Shown: piece after piece, positions 62,286 through 64,000 of the stretch
Position numbering within the stretch: position 1 is the stretch's first letter
Layout of the letters: each line of letters begins with the position of its first letter
Made by a program: the position numbers and the translations under genes
NCBI GenBank assembly: GCA_976551045.1
Contig: CDPCPM010000049.1
Coordinates: 3,534,001-3,598,000 of the forward strand
DNA: 64,000 nucleotides
Source of the DNA: Glaucostegus cemiculus
Lineage: Eukaryota
Direction: 5' to 3'
The notes under the pieces: model-generated
Database searches by the model: none
The model's input: the letters and a program-made list of their open reading frames with translations, nothing else
Told to the model about the DNA's origin: nothing

Positions 62286-64000
62286 AAAAACAATAGTCTC
62301 ATCCATGTTGGAGTGCATTGTGGTATTGAATTGTGAAATAATGCTATGTGCATGAAATTTCCATTTTTATCTAACTTTTTGTGTCTTTGCTCTTTCACTT
62401 GCTAGAAGTAATTTGCTTTTGCATTGCAGGCATTCAGGTTCACAATATTTGTACAATATTTCTAAAAATGTAAGTAAAGCAGTGATAGTGAATAATGATC
62501 AGGTGCCCTAAAGTTGTATATAAGTGCAACTGATGTGGTCAACATTAATTACCTGCTTAAGAGGCATGTTAAGTGACGGTCTTGTATCCACAGGCAGTAA
62601 CTGGATTTTGTGGATAATTATAATTATAATTATAACAGCGGGTTTATGGATGACCTAATTGCTCATTGTTTCCCAAAAAGTGCTCTCATTATGGACAGGT
62701 CAGGCGTGAGGTGAAAGCATGGAGATGATTTAGCTTTAGGGCATTTGGAAAGCATCCTAGTTTTCTGGAACTTTTGATTGCCCTTCTGTTGACATTGGGC
62801 CTTTATGTGAAAAAGGGAGTTAAGATCTTTGTTGTCGGGATGAGTTGGAATACAGCAGATGAGCTACATGACCTGGACATCTGTCTACTGCGAATGTGGG
62901 CCTGTGCCTATTTGTAAGGTACACCTGAGACTTGCAGATGCCTACTTGTGTATTTTCTCCATGTTCAAGCTGAGAATATAAGCTCTAAAAAAAAGTCTCC
63001 ACTGTTCAGGTCCCATGTTACAGATTTATTGAGCCACTGCCTCCATCTGGTTTGGGAAATTATTTCACTTTGTTCAGTTAATTCTGGCTGTTTGTCCCTT
63101 CTGTAGAACTTTCATGTACTTTATGTGTTAGTGGTAGGAACTGTGTTTTATGATGTACCTGTTTCCCTTTATTGTTAATCTGTAGGTCAGGGGAGCTTCA
63201 ACATAACCATGGCAACTATTGGTCGAAAATCAATGCAAAGATTTAGCCCAGCACCTGAGGATAAAGTATGTTTGGGATCTGGTGGAGCAACGTAGGATGG
63301 TTTGAGGGAAATGAGAATTCTATAAATATTGCTTGCAGGAATATTTGAAGGAAAGCACATTTGGATCACCTGTTGAAATTTTCATCTCTGGTCAGACAGA
63401 TGGTGGTATACATTTAATTTTCAATGTGCTGGGTAAGATGGCACTGTAGGCAGGCTGGTGTTGTTTACAGTAACATCTCTTGACAGAGCAACGCAGAAAA
63501 TAATGGGGTGGGAAAGATCATCTGAAAAAGGCAGGAACGAAAAAAGAGCTTGTGAAAGAGACCTAGCACTATTCAAATGCTGAAATATAAAATCTATATC
63601 TGTTTTTGTAAAGAAATGTGTCACTCATGCTGAAATTACTGCTTGTGGTGCCCGTTCTAGAAGGTCACTCAGCAGGAGGCATCTCAGTATGTGGAAATTC
63701 CAAGATTACAGTAAGACACCGCCACAGTAAAGAACAGTGAGTGCATAATGTTTACAGCCCAAAACAATCCCAACTTATTTTTATCAGTTTTTCTGCTGGT
63801 TCTTCTTTTATTGTGTGGAAAGGGAAATTGGCACTTGATCAAGGTTAAACCTACCGGTAAGCCTGCACTTCTCTGCAAATCAAAATGATCAAAGCATGTA
63901 GGCATGTTCAAATAGGAAACATAAGCAAGAGTTGAAAGAGCCATTTACAAGCAAAAGGGTGATTTCCACCCCTCCCCCCAAAATATTGTCTTGTCTGAAT

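Noticed and set aside
1-64000. Naming a host gene
   Set aside because: No recognisable exon is present, so any gene assignment would be a guess without alignment.

Overview
Eukaryotic, repeat-dense, apparently non-coding 64 kb window, most likely from a cartilaginous fish (shark or ray). This is inferred from the repeat repertoire: CR1, L2, RTE, Rex1/Babar, Penelope-like elements, HE1/V-SINE-like SINEs, Deu-domain SINEs and an AmnSINE2-like SINE. I found no convincing host protein-coding exon. The only long intact ORF (57504-58982) is the reverse transcriptase of a young, 5'-truncated Rex1/Babar LINE. It is inserted antisense, with a 5-bp target-site duplication (TSD), into a CR1 LINE whose ORF2 is nearly full length. 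Several TE-poor, AT- and homeobox-motif-rich blocks look like conserved non-coding elements, so the window may be a large intron or regulatory desert (inference). The most unusual items are: (1) a ~300-bp-arm inverted repeat (15882-16987) whose mismatches are strongly skewed to G-U wobbles on the + strand; (2) a decayed hammerhead-ribozyme motif in a Penelope terminal repeat, plus many solo and palindromic derivatives; (3) frameshifted fossils of Harbinger and hAT-BED transposases and a Gypsy integrase; (4) a SINE with a Rex1-like tail; (5) a perfect 4 x 42-bp tandem array. All family assignments are by-eye motif recognition without database searches, and most TE boundaries are approximate (tens of bp). 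No clearly new biological system could be established.
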